Below, in pieces: positions 53,230 to 55,575 of a DNA stretch of 55,575 nt. Made by a program: the position numbers and the translations under genes. The notes below the pieces were generated by a model. It searched no databases, was not told where the DNA came from, and saw only the letters and a list, made by a program, of their open reading frames with translations. This stretch comes from Gemmatimonadaceae bacterium. Its GTDB lineage: Bacteria; Gemmatimonadota; Gemmatimonadetes; Gemmatimonadales; Gemmatimonadaceae. The first letter of the stretch is position 1, and the number at the start of each line of letters is the position of its first letter. The stretch is taken from contig JBOHTH010000114.1 of the NCBI GenBank assembly GCA_050733535.1, positions 1 to 55,575 on the forward strand, written 5' to 3'.

Positions 53230-55575
53230 GTGCGGTTGACGAAACTCGAGTTGCACGGATTCAAGTCGTTTGCGGACGAAACCGAGATGCTCTTCAACAC
53301 GGGCGTCACGGCCGTCGTCGGCCCGAACGGCTGCGGCAAGTCGAACGTGTCGGACGCCGTCCGCTGGGTGCTCGGCGAGCAGCGCGCGCGCATGCTGCGC
53401 GGCGCAAAGATGGAAGAAGTGATCTTTCAGGGATCGTCCGCGCGAAAGCCGGTGAATCTCGCCGAAGTCTCGCTGCACTTCTCCAACGAGGACGGCGGAC
53501 TGCCGGTACCGTTCCAGGAAGTCGTCATCACTCGCCGGCTGTCGCGCGCCGGCGAGAGCGAGTATTTCCTGAACCGCGCGCCCTGCCGGCTGCGCGACAT
53601 TCACGACCTCGTGCGCGGCACTGGCCTCGGCGCGGACAGCGGCGTAGTGATCGAGAGCCGCATGATCGACGCGCTCCTCTCCGATCGCCCGGACGACCGG
53701 CGTGAGCTGTTTGAAGAGGCTGCGGGCGTCGGGCTGTATCGCGACCGCCGCCGCAGCACCGAGCGCAGCCTCGAGCAGACCACCGCCGATCTCTCGCGCC
53801 TGGACGATCTCGTCAACGAGGTCACGAGCCAGGTGCGCTCGCTGGCGCGCCAGCGCAAGCGCGCCGAGCGCCACGGCGAGATTACCACGCGCCGGTTCGC
53901 CGTCGAGCTCACGCTCGCGTCGCGCGAAATGGCCGCGTGGAAGGACGAACTCGGCCGCCTCGATGCGACACTCGAAGAACTTCGCGCGAAGGCGCCCGAC
54001 TCGCACGCGGTCGTGCTCGCAGCCGAGCAGGCCCGCGACTCCGCGCACGCCGCGCGTGCCGCCGCCGAAGCGCGGCGCCACGAGCGCGACAAAGTGGTGG
54101 GCGAGGCGCGTGGAGCGCTCCTCACGCTGCAGGGCGAGATTGCCGTCGCCGAAGAACGCCACCGGAATGCTCTCGCGCGCCGCACGCGCGCCGAACACGA
54201 GCGCAGCGAGGGTGCGGCGCTGGGTGAACGCGTCGTGGCAGAGTACGCCTCCGCACGGGAAGAAGAAGAGCGCACCGAAGCTTCGCTCGGCGAGGCCGTC
54301 ACGGCGCTGCAGCACCATGTGGGCGCCGAGGAGGAGGCCCGGGGCGCCGTGGCCGTAGGACGCGATGCACTCGAGCGCGCCGACCGCCTCGTGCGCGAAC
54401 TCCGCGACCGGCTGCGCCGGCTCGAGCTGGAGCGCGAAGGCGCAGAGCGCGAACTCGCGGACGTCGCGCAACGCTCGCACCAGCTTGCCGGCGAGCACGA
54501 ACAGCTCGCCGCGCAACAGCGCCTCGCGCAGCGCGAACTGGAGATCGCCAGCGACCAGCTCGCCGTCACGACCGCTGCCGCCACCGAAGCCGACGCCGCG
54601 CTCGCCGCCGCCCACGAGGCCGCGCGCGACTGGCGTGAGCGCGATGCGGGCGCGCGTGCGGAGGTCCGCCGCGTGGAGGAAGAGCACGCCGGAATGCACG
54701 GCAAGCTGAGCGCGCTGGAAGGCCTCGAGCGCGAACGCGTCGGCCTCGCCCCCGCGGCGGCTCGCCTCCTGCGCGACCGCGAGCAGTTCGGAGCCGGCGC
54801 CGTGCTCGGGCCGCTCTCGGATTTCATCGGCGCCGACGCGGCGACCGCGCTGCTCGTCGAGCGATTCCTTGGTCCATCGGTCCACGCTGTGGTCGTGCGC
54901 GACCGTGCCGCGGCGGACGCTGTGCGTCAGTGGCATGCGCAGGCCAACCCGGGCCCGCTGCTGCTCCTCCCGCTCGACGCCAGGGCTGCCGCGCCGGGCG
55001 CCGACTCCGACATCCACGGCCTCTCGACGCTCGTGCAAACGGATGGCCCCGTGCGCGCATGGGTGAGCGCGCTGCTCGGTCACGTGCATGCGGACGACTC
55101 CGGGAACACGTTCATCGACGCGCGCGGCGCGGTCTGGCTCCCGGGCACGCAGGCCGGCGCGGGGCCGCTGCGCCGCCGCGCGGAACTCACCGAGCTCCGG
55201 GCCGCATCGGCGGCGATGGACGCGATTCGCGCGGCAGCCGCGGCGGCGCTCCAGACCACCCACGCGAGCCTCGAACACGCCGAAGCAGCCGCGAGTGCAG
55301 CGGCCGACGCGGCCACGCGCGCGCACCGCGTGATGCAGGAGAGCGCGCAGGCCCGCGCCGAGCGCGAACGCAACAACCTGCGCACGACGCGGGAACTCGC
55401 CGACGCCGTCGCGCTTTCCGAGCGCCTCGGCGGACGTCGTGACGAACTCACCGCCCGTGTATCCGAGGGGATCGCGACGCAGGACCGCGAAGCCGTTGCG
55501 CTCGCCGCCGCCGACGTCGCCGCCGTCGCGGCGCGCGAGGCGCTGACCGGGGCCGACCAACTCCAGGACGCGGCG
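53230..55575 (+). CDS. smc: chromosome partition protein Smc, N-terminal 782 codons (3' end lies outside the window)
   Basis: The GTG at 53230 gives VRLTKLELHGFKSFADETEMLFNTGVTAVVGPNGCGKSNVSDAVRWVLGEQ (Walker A), followed by a long Ala/Arg/Glu coiled coil. The frame stays open to base 55575, which is why the ORF track does not list it. Confidence 0.9.
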   Translation, partial: MRLTKLELHGFKSFADETEMLFNTGVTAVVGPNGCGKSNVSDAVRWVLGEQRARMLRGAKMEEVIFQGSSARKPVNLAEVSLHFSNEDGGLPVPFQEVVITRRLSRAGESEYFLNRAPCRLRDIHDLVRGTGLGADSGVVIESRMIDALLSDRPDDRRELFEEAAGVGLYRDRRRSTERSLEQTTADLSRLDDLVNEVTSQVRSLARQRKRAERHGEITTRRFAVELTLASREMAAWKDELGRLDATLEELRAKAPDSHAVVLAAEQARDSAHAARAAAEARRHERDKVVGEARGALLTLQGEIAVAEERHRNALARRTRAEHERSEGAALGERVVAEYASAREEEERTEASLGEAVTALQHHVGAEEEARGAVAVGRDALERADRLVRELRDRLRRLELEREGAERELADVAQRSHQLAGEHEQLAAQQRLAQRELEIASDQLAVTTAAATEADAALAAAHEAARDWRERDAGARAEVRRVEEEHAGMHGKLSALEGLERERVGLAPAAARLLRDREQFGAGAVLGPLSDFIGADAATALLVERFLGPSVHAVVVRDRAAADAVRQWHAQANPGPLLLLPLDARAAAPGADSDIHGLSTLVQTDGPVRAWVSALLGHVHADDSGNTFIDARGAVWLPGTQAGAGPLRRRAELTELRAASAAMDAIRAAAAAALQTTHASLEHAEAAASAAADAATRAHRVMQESAQARAERERNNLRTTRELADAVALSERLGGRRDELTARVSEGIATQDREAVALAAADVAAVAAREALTGADQLQDAA

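Noticed and set aside
53083-55560. An 825-aa minus-strand ORF, the largest ORF listed at this end of the track.
   Set aside because: It is antisense to a clear smc gene (plus-strand frame from the GTG at 53230, with Walker A GPNGCGKS). Its translation is Arg/Gly/Ala-rich low-information sequence, as expected for an open antisense frame in ~70% GC DNA.

Overview
High-GC (~68-70%) bacterial chromosomal segment. Gene content and gene order suggest Gemmatimonadota or a related phylum, but that is a guess. Most of the window is housekeeping: selA (3' part), gmhB, purN, purH, gltX, ispE, tRNA-Gln, prs, ctc, pth, ychF, rpsF, rpsR, rplI, rsfS, trxA, pdxJ, rsmI and smc (5' part, running off the end and so missing from the ORF track), plus three tRNAs. 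Many adjacent genes share 4-nt ATGA/GTGA stop-start overlaps, and I used these to fix start codons. The main result is a compact ~5.9 kb lasso-peptide (RiPP) biosynthetic gene cluster on the minus strand at 38163-43984, lying between ychF and rpsF. Its order is PqqD-like RRE (B1), transglutaminase-like leader peptidase (B2), Asn-synthetase-like lasso cyclase (C), a 61-aa precursor with a YxxPxLx3G leader motif and a predicted Gly1-Asp8 ring, a PRMT-like SAM methyltransferase, an HPr-kinase-like kinase and a PF14907-type nucleotidyltransferase. Secondary observations: a JAMM/MPN-DinG helicase fusion; a LexA-like protein that appears to lack the autocleavage residues and whose 3' end is built from a heptamer microsatellite; a truncated pseudokinase; a protein with three His-less Hpt-like repeats; a conserved envelope operon (DUF4159, a giant Q-rich membrane protein, a TPR protein and a secreted protein); an HExxH-PD40-Omp85 fusion; and several families of unusual intergenic repeats (a GACCGAA heptamer at four loci and four long composite palindromes). 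All functional calls come from reading motifs in the supplied translations. No database search was possible.
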